64,000 nucleotides of DNA from Amoebophrya sp. A120 (Eukaryota > Protista > Dinoflagellata): positions 1,103,415-1,167,414 of the forward strand of contig CAJINV010000009.1 in NCBI GenBank assembly GCA_905178155.1, given 5' to 3'. Position 1 is the first letter of the stretch. Each line of letters opens with the position of its first letter. The notes beneath the pieces were generated by a model. That model was not told where the DNA came from. It saw nothing but the letters and a program-made list of their open reading frames with translations, and did no database searches. Shown here one piece after another: positions 1 through 13,329 of the stretch. The position numbers were made by a program, and so were the translations under genes.

Positions 1-2038
1 TCTTTTCCGTCGCGACCGCGAAAACGGCTGCTCGGCAGCGAATCGCGCGTCCGACTCTCTATCGCTCGAGGGCCTGGTAAAACTTCGGCAGTTCTTTGTT
101 TCGCACGCAGCTCCTTCATAAAGTGTTCGTAGTCGACATCTTCATCATCAGATTTCGCCTCTAACGGAGTGAGCACATCAACTCGTGTGAAACCGGACGG
201 CCCAATGGTTCTGGTTGCTTTTTCGAGTACATAATCCGCTTCAGCGCGCCATTCGCATGAAAGTCTACCGGCTGATTCTACTGAATATTCCTTTTTCGGA
301 ATTCGATTGTCCGTCCAGTAGTGGTTTTTTCTCTGCATGCGCTCTGGATCTCGGTCGACTTCTTTTGGCGTGCATCCGGCATCCAGCCGAACGAACTCGA
401 ACTCAATATCAAAATCGAACCCGAGCTCGTGGCGTAACGTTTCCGCAATATCGCTTTTCTGTCGATCATTTAGAAACTCAACTAGCGGCACGTCACCAAC
501 AAAAACCTCGATTGCGGCTTTACTCAGCGATGTGCAGTAATCCGCATTCTCAAACGGCGCATACCCCCCATCGGCGCAGCAACTGTTGCGGTAGCCTCCC
601 GATGGCGGTGTTCGATATGTAGTCAGCCCGGGAGGCAGCACTGCACGTGCGCGGCGATTTCCGTGATTCATGTGACCGACTCGTTTCATCTGGGAAAAGA
701 GCGCTCCGTACCGCCGATGCTGATCAAGAACAATCATGTTCTGTAGAGTATCCTCAAAGTCTAGCGGCTTTTGTTTGATTTTCTGCGCTTCCGCAGGCTT
801 TTCTCTTTTAGGGCAAGATGAGGTCATTCCGGTATTATTCTCCGCGCCTTTTATTTGCTTTGGTGGTACTACGGCGGCGCCGGCTGGCGCCGGTTCGGCG
901 GGTGAATCCTTGCTCACACTGTTACCAGACGTATCCGGTGCAATATCTGCTGCAGAAGATGCAGAATCCTCTTTCGTGGCTGCTTCCTTGACAGAGCCGG
1001 GGTCGTCTTTCCCGACCCTGCTTCCTGGCTGGTTTTCTTTTCCCGCCCGCGCCTTTTCGTGGCTCGCAACAAACTGTGCCATCAGGCCCTCGTTTTCTGC
1101 ATCAGCATCCAGTAGCTCCTGGAAAGACCTACGCTGGAAGACAAATCCACGTTGCTCCTGTACCTGCGGGTCGTGGAGGTTCTCGGCAGTTTCAGAAGAT
1201 TCTTTCGTGCTGACCAAATCCTCGCTCTTTTTCAGCCGAACCGCTACAGGTTCGGCAGAGTCCAAGAAGACAGGAATAGCGAAGGTGTCTTTAGGGCCGC
1301 GCCCGTCTAAAACGTTCCGGAGTAAGTGTAAGCCAGCGTCCGTGTCTATCCCTTGAGCGTCCACTACAGGTGCCGGATTTGCCTGCTGCGCCCTCGCCAC
1401 CTCGTCCAGCAGCAGGTCAAATGTCTTCATATTCCTCTGACGCTCGAACGCCAACTGCATTTTGAAGCACAAATGCTGTTTCACTTAAACAAGGAATACC
1501 CACAGGCAAGCTTCCTATCTCTAAACGCAGATCAAGATCATTTCAGCGACTGTGGTAGAAGACCACTGGGAAAAAAACGAAACTGAACAAAATATCTTCT
1601 TCTACAGATCGAAGTGAGGATCTATGTGTCTCGGTGCGCTTCCATAATGAAAAAGCCAACATACTCACTGCGATCGCTTGTGATTCTGGCTGGATCGTTT
1701 ATCATGCTGTGGCTGTCCGCGTACATCTGCTTTGTCCTCATGTGCGAAACGAAGCTTTCGTGGCAGCACATGATAACTTTGTGGAACCACAATTCTTCCA
1801 GCAAAAAAGAGCAACGCGCGAAAATGTCAAGAACAGTGGTCGCGCTGATAGCTCCTGACACCAAAGTGAACCAACGCGTCATGGAAATGAGAGGAACACA
1901 AATGTTCACCCACGGAACATTTCGATCGAAATCGAAAGAGGATACCAGTTGTGATGAAAGTTCTGGAGATGCTGCCTGGGAAGGCTGCGAACTTTTTTCT
2001 AGTCGCGCTTGCTGTGCGACTCTGACAGGACTCTGCAT
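1..2038 (-). CDS. Hypothetical protein, 3' end truncated by the window edge; exons ~2038-1669 and 1483-<1
   Basis: A GTGAGT...TTTAAG intron at 1484-1668 joins ...RITSDR to MKQHLCFKMQLAFERQR in phase. The same frame is read at position 1 (...SDDEDVDYEHFMKELRAK...). Start codon is uncertain. Confidence 0.7.
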
Positions 2039-2433
2039 CGATGTCGTCTCGATCTCATTTGCATCAAGTTCACAGATTAAAAATTCCAAATGAAGCATCC
2101 GCTCAGCCCCAGAAAAGCTTTGTTTTTGGAGCACGAGCACCCAACTGGAAAAACACAAAGGCAAAGCCAGCCTCATTTCGTAAGTATACAAATTTCTCCG
2201 TCGATAAAAATCTTCAAAGGTAACGTATATTGATGTAAGGCGAATTGGATGGAGCCAATACTCCAAATCCAATTCTAAGTTCAGATTTAATTTCAGGAAG
2301 GGAAAATCCTGTCCAACAAAAAAGACAGCTTGGGAAATGATAGATGAGCTCCTGCAGCTCAACAGGCCAGCATGGATAGACGAGCGCGCAACGCTTTGTT
2401 CCTTGCCGCGAATCTAGCTGCAACACTTCTCGT

Positions 2434-5400
2434 CTATTTACTGCTCGCGCCGCCCTGCACGCTCGGAACCGCCGCTTGTGCAACTGGTGTTGGTCCGTTG
2501 CTGCCCGGTGCGAGCACCAAAGGTGCGGCAGTGGTCACAGTTCCAGCCGCGGTGTTCGTCCTGATGGACGGCGAACGACCGCGGAACAACAGGGGTCCTC
2601 GCAGGGGAGAGAGTCCTCGCGTAATCAAATTCTGGTTTATCAGCGGCCTGGTTGGCGTTGCGATACCCGGATGGGGAACGCCCGGGGTCACAAAGCCGCC
2701 ACCTGTGCCGCCCACCACCCGCGGCGCCGACGCAGCCCGGGCTGGCGGAATGTATTTTTTCGTCCCGTCGGCGTTGGTCACAATCACCGCAGCGGGTGGC
2801 GGTGTCTGCGGCCGCGCACTGCTCTGCGCCGATGAGGCGGTAGTGGAGGAACCTGATTTTTTGTGAGTTTCACTTTATCGGCTGCGTGAGCTGGTATGCG
2901 TATGGGTGTGCATGCGGTCTAAGAACAGCGTCCATCTGCATAAACCCAAGTCGGCCAAACTTCAAATGACAACTGAAATGATCAAAACACGCGCTTACCC
3001 ATCTGGCCAACATTGAAGGCCGCTAGCTTCGGAACGACATTCACTTGCATGCGGCTGGGGTTCCCAAGCTGCATACCAAGCCTCTGCGGCATTAAACCGA
3101 ACCGACCTGTCCGAGCGTTGGTTGATTTTGGTTCGATTTTGTTCTTGTAAAGAGTTGAACAACTAGTACATGTCTTGACATTTTCACTGATCGTCAACAT
3201 TGACAGGAAGGTAGATTGGGCCGCAGTGGAGTACAACTAGACGAATCGTACCTAAACTGCTGCTCCTCGGCTGTGCCGCATTAGTTTGCGGCGTGCTGGC
3301 TGCGGGTTGCGGTGTCGTGGCCGCTTGCGGTCCAGCGGCCCGGCTCGAGGAGGAAGCGCTGCTTGCCCCTGAACCTTCGTCCTTCCCGCCCGTCTTGGAG
3401 GCCGGATGCACGGCCACGACGGGACCAGTGGTCCGTGGATTCAACGTCGCGATGGCCCGCGACGGAATCACCGCCTGCGCTCGGCCCGGCCGGCCCAAGC
3501 TGAGATTCCGCGGTCGCCAGTCCTCGCGCGCGTTGTGGGGCCCGCGAATCCCGCTCGGGAGCTGCGAAGCGATCAGCAGCGGCACGTTCGTCGCCGCCAG
3601 TGACGGAGGTTGTTGAGTTGTTGTACTAATACTCGCACTGCTCGCGTTCACCTGCCGGGCGTCGAACTGGATTTCCGGGGTACTCGCTTGCCCGTAGGCC
3701 GCGGGCGCGCTCGTGTTGGAGTACTGCTTTTGTGGCTGGGTGTACTGCTTGGCGACCTGATCCTGGTATTTGTTATTTCCGGTGGTGGCGGTGAGGTGGT
3801 CGACCGAACCCGCAGACGGCCGGACATCCTTCACGAGTGGCGCGGTTCCGCTCAGGACCTGCTCTCCCGGGATGCTCATCTGCTGCCAGCTGTCCGAAGT
3901 TCCTGGGGCACCGGTTCCGGACCGGCTCAGGGAGGAAGAGGAGCTACTCGGGTGCTGCACATCGCCGCGGGGTTGCGCAGGCAACGTCGTGTGCTGCAGT
4001 GAAGAGTTCGTTTTGAGCTGCTCCTGCAGCGGCGACGCCTTGTACTTGCTCTCGGTAGCGGTTGCCAGAGCGAGCACTGCTGCGTCTTCTGCGTCTACCG
4101 GAGACGCAGTTCCCTTGCTGCCGTGTGCTGCCTGGTGTGCGATCACCTGCTCCTTACTCGAGCTCTTCGTCACGTAGGCTGTGGGAACGGCCGCGTTGGC
4201 GGCAACGGCGCTGGCTGCGACAGAAGCAGCTGCTGGCGGGTTGCTTTCCTTACTGGACGACGAGGAGGATGGGTGTACCGCTACCGGCTGCGCAGTTGCA
4301 ACTTGCTCGGCTTTTTTGACCACAGCGCGCTGCTGCACCGGATGAGCGCTAGCGGAGCGTGGGTTCGTCCCAAAGGGGTGCATACGAATCCGAGGTCGCG
4401 TTAGGAAGAAACCGGGCACGCCCGACTGCTGCGGCTGCGACCCGAGCACCTGCGTCTGGTGTGGCAGCTGCGATGTGGGATCTTGTGCACCACCTGTAGT
4501 TTCTTTCCAATTTAAGTACAACTCTTTCCATTTCCAGAGATAGCCTGCATGTGATCACTTCGTCGCCCTCTGACTGTTGCCGGCGGCAACAGGCTAAAAT
4601 AAGCGACACAATCACTATACCTGCCGCAGCTCCTGCAGCGTTCGCAGCGCCACCTGTTGGTCTCTTTTGCGCTGTGTTCATTGTTGCTGGCAAAGATTTT
4701 CGGAACATAAACGGCGTGCCAAGCTTGAAGCCGTTGGGCGCGAGTTTAAACATCGGGGGCCGCTGCGAGCCTGACCTCGAGCTCTCCGCTTTTGAAGGTC
4801 GCGTGGGGTCGGTGCTTTGGGCACGCCTGAGTTCATCCGGATGAGAGGGCATTGATAAATCAATTTCTGTTCATATTCTTCGCTTCTTATGTTGTATACG
4901 CGGAGACCTTCTGTCGTCATGATGTTGAAGAACGTTCTATCTTTGATCGGATAATAAATAGCATCACCACCATTCGGCTTACCTTGCTGGGTTCACGATT
5001 ATTTGCGGCTGTTGCTGCGGTACGACTGTACTTCCTTGCTCCTTGCTGGTTTGTGCCGCTTGTTCTTCCACTTCCTGTGTGGTCGACGTCGATGGTAGGG
5101 CGTGTATGCCGGGCGCGGCAACGGACACTGTTGATTGGTACTGCTTAATCACCAAGCTCGCGGAGTTGGCCAAGCCACCCGCCACGGTCCCCGCCGTACC
5201 GGCGCCGCCAGCGCCACCCGCCGCAGAAGTCTCCACTTGTAATACACCTGGCGCCGGGGACACCTCGACTGGCTTTGCCCGTTCGCTTTGCGTCACTGAC
5301 GTAGTCGTTCCCGCCAAAGCCACTCCTGCAGCGGTTGTGTTTGGCGAGCGCGTCGCTAGTGGCAACACCTCTCCGGTGGTCAGCGTCGGGCCGGCCGCAC

Positions 5401-6738
5401 GCTGACCCTTGGCGACCAGCATCTTCGTGTACAGTTCCTCGGGCAGGTGGTCGGCTTGCAGGCAGTTCTCCGTCGGGTAGCAACCGAAGATGTCGTCCTC
5501 AAGGTCGACATTGGTCATGGGCTGTTGCAACTCAGCGATGCCACGCACGCAGTACGGCTCCGCCATCAAACCCTGCCCAAAATCTGACTGGATCGCCTGC
5601 TCCACGATCTCGGGACTGACCTGTTTCGTTTTGAATGACGCACAATGCTCCCTCGAAGGCTTATTTTTGAATCTTAGTTTGAAATCCTTTATTTCCTTTT
5701 CTCATTTCCAATTCCAAACCCGAGGTTTGGACTTGTCATATCTAGAGAGCTGAACAAGAACATCAACTGTACAAATCCAAAGCAAAAATGGGAACATTAC
5801 CGCTTCCATGAGGAGTTTTTCGCAGAAGGAGCAGAACAGGTCCGGCTTGACCAAAACGTTGAAGCCCAGGGACTGCAGCATGCTGTTCTCGAGCAGGTTC
5901 AGTTCCTTATTGTTCAACACCGGGAAGAGTTTCGCCAGGGAGCTGTTCCGCACCGGTTTGTCCTCCCACATCTTGTCCGAGATCAACAAAGTGACCAGAA
6001 ACAGCGGACGCCACGTGGTTGCGTGCAGCGTGATGTGGCTGCACTCCTTGAAGCGGGACAGGTAAATGATGGAGATCACGAAGGCGGACACGCTGAAGAT
6101 ACCCTGGTGGAGGATGGACAGAATGAAAGACGAAACGTGCAACGCGGAGGTGTCGTGGACGGACGTCCGGAAGACCGACGGCAGCGTGTCCTGCTTATTG
6201 TAGTGGTACTGCTCCTCGTAGAACTTCGGAAACGCCTCGTTCTCGCGCATCCGCTGCTTCACGTCCTTGTCCGTGCGGATATGGCGGTGGAAGAAATTGA
6301 TGCCACCGCACAGCAATTTCAGCTGCAGCGTCGTGTACCGCTGCGTGCCGTCCGGCTTGCTCGCACCCTTGTAACAGGGGAAAGAAATAAACAGGAAAAA
6401 TAATGCGCGTGGTCTTCTTAATTTGTACTGTGTATGTTGATGCGAGTATACGTAAGATTGTAGAGAAGTACCAACTATATTGATCCACGAAGGTTCGATC
6501 AAAAGATTTTATTTCTGGTGCATGCAACAATGATGCAGTTGAGTCGTGGTGTGATGTAGAACCACCCGTAATTTTTCCGTGCGATAAGCTCAATCTGGAT
6601 TGCTAGAGGTTTTTGTGTCGCCATCAGTGTGTCGGTCACCGAAGGCGTGTGCTGTTTCTGTTCTTCCATTTCCTGGTCACCGTGGTCGTTGCTCGCTGAG
6701 GTAGTGGATGGACCACCTGTGATAAAATTTTCGCTCAT
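2434..6738 (-). CDS. Cyclin Y/PHO80 (P/U-type)-like cyclin with a long low-complexity C-terminal extension; 7 exons
   Basis: The cyclin box motif TWRPLFLVTLLISDKMWEDKPVRNSSLAKLFPVLNNKELNLLENSMLQSLGFNVLV is present. In-phase GT-AG introns lie at 5621-5800, 4827-4982, 4494-4620, 3107-3251 and 2853-2998. The first intron (~6368-6567) appears non-canonical. Confidence 0.85.
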
Positions 6739-7071
6739 GATTTCCGATTATAGAAATATCTATCATCCACGGACAGCACGAAGAGCTGTGCAAGCCGCAT
6801 GGCATCTTCCAAAAACTGAAAAAAATCACACGTGTACCTTTCTCCTCGGTATGGTGAGCAACCACAGCGGCGGCCATTCTTGCAAGGGCTCTTGCTACTG
6901 ATACTGCGCCCCTATTTCCCGCAGATGAGGAACCGAAAGGACGGCACTCAAGCCCGAAAGCGTGGAGGATCTCCCCTTTTCCTAGGGAGAGGCAGTGTTC
7001 AGCTGCGCCGCAGCCGTCATTTGCTTGCCCATCATTTGAATCAATAGCGTGTCCCTTTCTTTTCTCAACTC

Positions 7072-7597
7072 ATGCCACCGGTACAACCCAACAACATCTA
7101 CAAGAAGAAAAGGCTGCTCTAAATCCACAGTACTTAGCAAGAATCACGAAACTTTTTGTATATCGCTTTTCAGAGTCAACGGCGAAGGCAAGGGCCCCTA
7201 GTTCGTAGCATGGTGGTAGCTCTTGTTAATGTCCATCTGATTTGCATGTCTGCAAGTCCAAGAAGAGTTCAGACTAGGACACTTTGCTTCTGTTTCTCAT
7301 CTCGGAAAGTTTGAAGAAGAAAATACTTTAGTGAAGGCATGCAGATTCTGTACGCAGGAAGGCATTCAACGCTGAAGACCGCATCTGGTACTCCTTGAAA
7401 CGTCGCAAATTCGTTACTACTTTTAAACAAAACGCTCTCGCTGCGACGAAGCACGCTCAGGCACGGACCACTTTGCTAGTGACGACGAAGACGCAAATCG
7501 AATTCGGCTATTCGAGCGATGGAACAAAAGAGTCGAAAGTTGCGAGAGCGGGAAAGGCAGCGGCAATGGCAAAAAGCTGCCTCTGTCAGGATACTGA
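7072..7597 (+). CDS. Possible small spliced plus-strand gene (tentative)
   Basis: In-phase GT-AG junctions at 7129-7173, 7205-7357 and 7388-7460 give ...SQRRRQGPLVRRHSTLKTASGTDHFASDDEDANRIRLFERWNKR...GY*. No start codon was established. Confidence 0.3.
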
Positions 7598-8133
7598 GGA
7601 TTGCGTTCGTTGTACAGGAAACATCAAGTCGGATTTCTTTCTTCGAAACGTAACTCGTCAATACAGGCTGAAATACAAATGATGAAAGACTCGCCGTGCA
7701 CGTGGCGATACTCAAATACAATCAAGCAGAAAGAACAATTGATACACTGTAGTTGTCAACGAATTTAGTGGATACGAACATTTTTTATAGGTACATTGCG
7801 GGACGGAGTGAAGTTTAGGTCGACGTGGTACAAGAAGTTGCGTCTTCTAGTAAATCATACAAGAAATAAACCGTAGCTTACAATGTTAGGTGTTACAGTT
7901 GTACTATCCGAAGGAACCGACTAGTTGCGAGGATTCCAGTCATATTTATACGTTCGGAAATGTCAAGATAATTCCTTGTTTTTGTACAGGCGTTACGACT
8001 GAATAGGAATCGATACTGCAACGAGTATAGGTTTTTTACATCAACAAAAAAGTGCAAAAATACTCGTTTTCCGATGGTTTTAATTTGATTATTTTTCAAA
8101 AACCGTGCGTCACCGTTTTTCGCCACTCTCCTC

Positions 8134-9364
8134 TCAGGGCTCCGTCATTTTCAATTCCGTTCCAAATTCGTCGTCCAGGATCGACGACGTGGTCTGCTTG
8201 TGGTAGTACAGTCCCCCGCCCACGAGCAAAGCCATCACTCCCAGGGTGCACACACCGGCCCAAACCTGCGACATTCAGTTTTGATTCAATCGCGATCGTA
8301 CTGCTTCCGCATCCGCTGTACTATGTATGATTTCAAATTTTCTAAGCTAGCTGCGAAGCCATTGGCGGCCGTACGATTCATACAAACAAAAACAAAGAAA
8401 AAAAAATACCGATGTGTGACTGGTCCGCGCCTCCAGCATGGTAAGCTCTTCGATCCGCTTGGTTTCCTCCTCCAACTCCCGCTGATCCACCCATCGCATG
8501 CTCGCTGTGCCGAGCGAAAGGTATTGCTCACCTGGGAGGTGTGTTTGAAAGGTAGACGATTGCAGCTTTTTCCGGTTGAACAATTTGCCCGGCATGGGAA
8601 AGACCACGAACATTGCGGATCTACAACATGGCACGAAAATGAACGACCTAGAACGTGAAAAGAATTCATTATGTATCTATAGATACCATTCACTGCGTCT
8701 CCGAACCGATCCACCGTGTTTCCAGCCATGCGCATGGAGCTCGGTCGGCCATCCAAGACATCGTCCTCGGCCACGGAACCGTCGCCAAAGATCTCGATGC
8801 CATCCGAGTTTTCCGACGGTTCGGAATTGGCCTCGGAATCCGATGGCTCCTCCAATCCGGCAAGGTTAGCCGACTTCATCGTCAGAGCCTTGTTGCCTGT
8901 AGTTTTAGGTTTCTTGATTTTCATTTGTCATTCAAGTGTAAGCAGCTACAACCTACCGGGAATGCTAAAGAGACAACAAAGAACAAAGTCGCGCTCGCTT
9001 AAAATATCTATTGAGGACCGTCACACCACAGACCACCTATACCGACTCGCTTGGTCTTGGCCACTCCCGTTCGCGCGCCCCCGGCGTGCTTTGGGTGTTT
9101 GTCGGTCAGCAGAGCCCGGGGTCGCTGCAGAGCCTTTTCGTCGCCACTGGAGGTGTCCTCCTCGGGGGGCGTGTCCGTGGAGCCGTCGGAATTGTCCAGG
9201 TAAGTCTCTGCGCCCGAACCCTTGATGCCAAACCGACCCATCTGCGCTGCCGGAGCGTGGTGCTCCTTGGCGTCGTGCAGGTTCAAGTTTCCGTACACGA
9301 TGTACACCTGATTCAAGGAGGCAACGAAAAAAGTTGCAACGAGGTTCGACACAGAGGACGACAT
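8134..9364 (-). CDS. Hypothetical type I membrane protein (N-terminal hydrophobic segment, acidic linker, C-terminal TM); 4 exons
   Basis: Three in-phase GT-AG introns join ORF pieces 9364-9043, ~8896-8687, ~8531-8409 and ~8264-8134. The last exon, VWAGVCTLGVMALLVGGGLYYHKQ, is a TM helix. Confidence 0.65.
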
Positions 9365-10290
9365 GGTCGTGACAGTGCTTCTATTCTGAATATACGGTTG
9401 TACGTAATATTGTGTGCTTATTTTTCTTCGAATTTCTTTCTTCAGCCCGAGCTGTCACGTCCTCTTGACAATCGAAGCTGTCAGACCACTCAAAGGTATC
9501 TTGCGTGTCCTAGTTGTTGGTTTTTGATTGAATTTCAGTGATGTCTTTTCCATGTGCTTCCACGTCGTGCTGATATCGGTTTCTCGAGTTAGAATGCAAT
9601 ACCAAGATCCCCGCTAGACAAGACCACGAGAGACGCGAGTATTCGGACAAAAACCAAATTTTTCGTCTCATCATTTTCTTGTCGTGGCCTCTTCACGAAC
9701 GACAGCTGCACTCAGGCGATTTTATCTGTATCTCTACTCATCTCTATTCTCCTCGTTCTGCTCCACGTCGAAAAAGTATATCAAATACAAATCCAGTCCA
9801 TGTTGCTCGTCCGACACAATAAAGCTGCTCTCTTCCTTCTCATGTACGGACGAAGTTGAAGTTCTTGGTCGACGACTACTTACTCGGAGACGAAATTAAT
9901 ATAGCTACGTACAGAGAGCAGTAAGCGAAACTGCAGCCAGCTATCATCTCCTTTGTCATCAGGATAAGCTATCGTATCTGTCTGCTTCGCGTTTCGCGTG
10001 ACAGTGATACAGAAAGACATGAATGAGTCGCGTCGTGTCGTTTCAATGGAACATGCGTGGGGGGACCACGCCGCGGGAAAATATCTTACGTCTTGGCAGG
10101 GGAGCCATCTTGATTCAATAACATCGGTGCATTTCTGTCGTCATCAAAGGACAATTTCATGCGCAAAAAACATGCAAGACGCATGGCACACGCGTTCGTG
10201 AAGATTCCGGAGTCCTTCCAATTGCGCATGCGCGCGGCGATGGTGCAGAGGCCAGTCGAGCAGTCGCACTGCTCGCGCCGGCGCAGGCGC

Positions 10291-12243
10291 TCACCAAGAC
10301 TTCCACCATGGTCTGTCGCCGTCCTCGTCGTCGTCTTCTGCCATGTTCGCCTCGACATGGTTCCCCCCGTCCACGAATTTCCGCACCTTCAGCTCCGAGT
10401 CGTTATTTCGGACCTATGGAAACACTTCACATTAAAAAATGACACGCTTTTATTTTCAGTGCTGGCTGCACATCGAGATCGACTTCGTCAGTAGCACGAG
10501 AATCAAAGAAAATGCGACACCACAAAAAACCAAAGAATCAAAAGCAGTCGAATACGTTTGTTATGTGCTTTCTTCCATCCTGCGACGTGAGAAAAGCGCG
10601 CAGCTTCTCTAGTTCTTTCTGCGTGTTTGCCTTTGCCTGTTTGGAATATTCTTTCGGCGAGAGATAGCTGGTATGTATCTCCGCTTGTGACGCCACCTGT
10701 TATTTTCGTGCGAAGTTCATACACGATGTCGAAACTTCTCCACCTTGTTCGAAGGCCTAATTTATTATATGCAAATGCAGTTGCAATGCTGAAACAAGCC
10801 ATAGCGTATGTAAGTATGAAAGGAAGTACGACCACGTTCTTTACCTCTCTTCGCATTCTGCAGGACTCGATACTGTGCCAAATGCTGTTCCAGGCGAGGA
10901 GTATAAAGAGGATAAAGATGTTCATAGCTGGCACGGTTGTGGACTTCAGCACGGCTATGATGCCGTAGACGAAAATTCCGTACTGCAGGAACTTCCTCGC
11001 CCGGCTGGAGTCGTCTTCATCGGGAATGTGGTCTATCCTGGCGCCGTTGCTCGCGATTGTGAATGCGATGTCTTGACCCATCGGGATGTCTGTTTCTTTC
11101 ACGCCGAACACGTACTGCCCGAACATGATGCCGCTTAACAGGGCAAGGCCAACCACGACCGCACCTACTGGAAACTCGTAGTACCTGTGTTGTCGTGTCG
11201 TTTTAGGGCAAGTGCCTTCTTCTGGTGGTGTTCCAAATACTTTAGTTAAACAAAGAAAGACCAAAAAAAAGATGAAACCCCATTAAAATTAATGTGGCGC
11301 CGCTATAAATATGACAAATTCGTCAATACGGGTCCTGCAAACTGGCCACTGTGACGACGAGCTGCTGCACCATTTGGAAGGACGGGAGCATTGTCTGCCA
11401 TGCGTACAACCCCATTGTTGGCGCAAGAATGACCATCATGTTCATGATGGCGAAGGTTTTCTGCCCAAACGGCAGCGCGTTCTTGGTCGACCGGAACGCG
11501 TAGTACATCACCACGCTCGCGAACAGCAGCAACCCCAACACTCCGCCCAGCGCCCAGTGCACCACTTGCGACCGCCCAAGGGTTTTGTAGAAAAGGACGG
11601 AGAAAATGCCGCTGAAGAGGAGGAAGACCCGCAGGTGATCAATCTGGATGACCCAATCTGCTTTCAAATTTCTCGGCAGATTCGCTTTCGTGGATTCCAG
11701 AAACAAGCACTGTGCGGGACTGTTCACCTCGCAAGCCTGCTTTATGGGCTCCGCATGCGGCTCGGGTCTTGCTTCGTCTTCCGCATAGTAGGCCGTGCCT
11801 GGTGCGGTCGTCCTACTCCGCTGCTGCTGCGCACTACTGCTGTCCTCCTTGTACACTGGGTACGCCACGCAACTCGGTGCGCAGCCGTCGTGGCAGTCTT
11901 CGCACAGAAAGGGCGCGAAAACCTTCGTGACGTAGTAGTGGGCGTGCTTGAAGAGCAGCCTACACAATAACCCACGGGGAACGGGGTTTGCGGACAGGGT
12001 GAAGGGGACAGATCTGGAGCTAGTAGCGCCGGCGAAGAGGGCGAGCTGGTCCTGGAATTTTTGCATGCCGCTCTGCGGCTCCGTGCTTGGCCAGGAGAGT
12101 TGCAGTTCCAGCTTCTGCAGAGGCGTGCGAATGGCGGCGGGAGCGCACACCGTCCGGCTATCGACGGAGCCCAGCACCGGGTCTGCATGGACCACGGTTG
12201 TCAGCAGAAAAACATGCAGAAGCAAGTTCATGTCGCTGCGCAT
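10291..12243 (-). CDS. Nuclear envelope integral membrane protein NEMP/TMEM194-like; 4 exons
   Basis: Signal peptide and multi-TM block (RVFLLFSGIF...LGRSQVVHWALG). The C-terminal YLSPKEYSKQAKANTQKELEKLRAFL and RKFVDGGNH resemble the NEMP motifs LLTEEEY..QG...T..ALEELR and FADFVEG..H. GT-AG introns at 11185-11329, 10697-10844 and 10414-10555. Confidence 0.8.
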
Positions 12244-13329
12244 AGGAACGTCGTGAAATAGCTACTGATTGCGCACAGTAGTTTTTACTTTGTCCAAGGT
12301 GGGCAGTCCGAGTTTCTCATGGTGGGCAACGGTATGGAGAAGAGAAGATCTATTTGTTGCAAACACGACCCAAACATAAAACCAGCCGAATCGCGTTACG
12401 ACCAGCAGAGAGCATGCATTGATTTCTATATTGCTGAAACAGCACAGAGCAACAAAGTACAAGCAAATTTTACCTTGCTAAAAAGTTTATTTGGTGGAAA
12501 CCAAAAAGAAAGAGTAGGGTCCTGAGAGAAGCAAGTGTTGTCGATGTATTCATTTACAGTTGGGACTTATTTGCCGATGATCATCAGCTTCCGTGTCATC
12601 TTTATAACAACGTCGGAGAGTCCTTGCTGCATGCAGCCACCTAGGTATGCGCTATCACTCAAACATCTTGCAGTGACAGTGTTTCAATCCCATATGAATA
12701 TGAACAGCAACCCTGGAACTCACAGAGAACTCAGTGCGTTTCAAATAGCACCTTAAGCAAAGGCGTATCTAGTCAAGCCTGTGACTTTTCAATACTGTTG
12801 GGATCCGCTGGAAGAGCCCATTATTTCATTTTCTAAAACTATTCAGAAGCTGTACAAGTGCAGGCTGCACTAATCCGTTGCAATCAACATTATCCGCATT
12901 TCCTAATCTGCCAAAGCATATAAACTTCGAATCGCATTCCGTCACACACACGCTCTAAATTTTAGTACAATGAATAATTTAGTGTAAGAATCGGCGCGAA
13001 ATGCAGGATTAATTTTCGACTATTCACGTCGCGGCTCTCATTTGTGCTATTGATTCACTGTTCTCGGCTCTTTCAGAATCGGCTCTGAAGTTCCTTTGCT
13101 GCTGCTATTCTCGATAAAATCTGTTCTCGGTTCCAATATTCCTTTGTCTGGTGACGTTCTGCTAAGTCTAATCAAGCTGGCCATGGTCCTGAGGTTTATC
13201 TGTTCTCTTGGCTACTAGCATTTCTTTGGTGACTCTTTTTGTTGCGCATGCGTATCTTGCTTCTTCTTACTTTTTCATCGCGAATCATCGCTTCGTGTTT
13301 CTTTCGCGACCTGCTATTACTCTCGCTAC

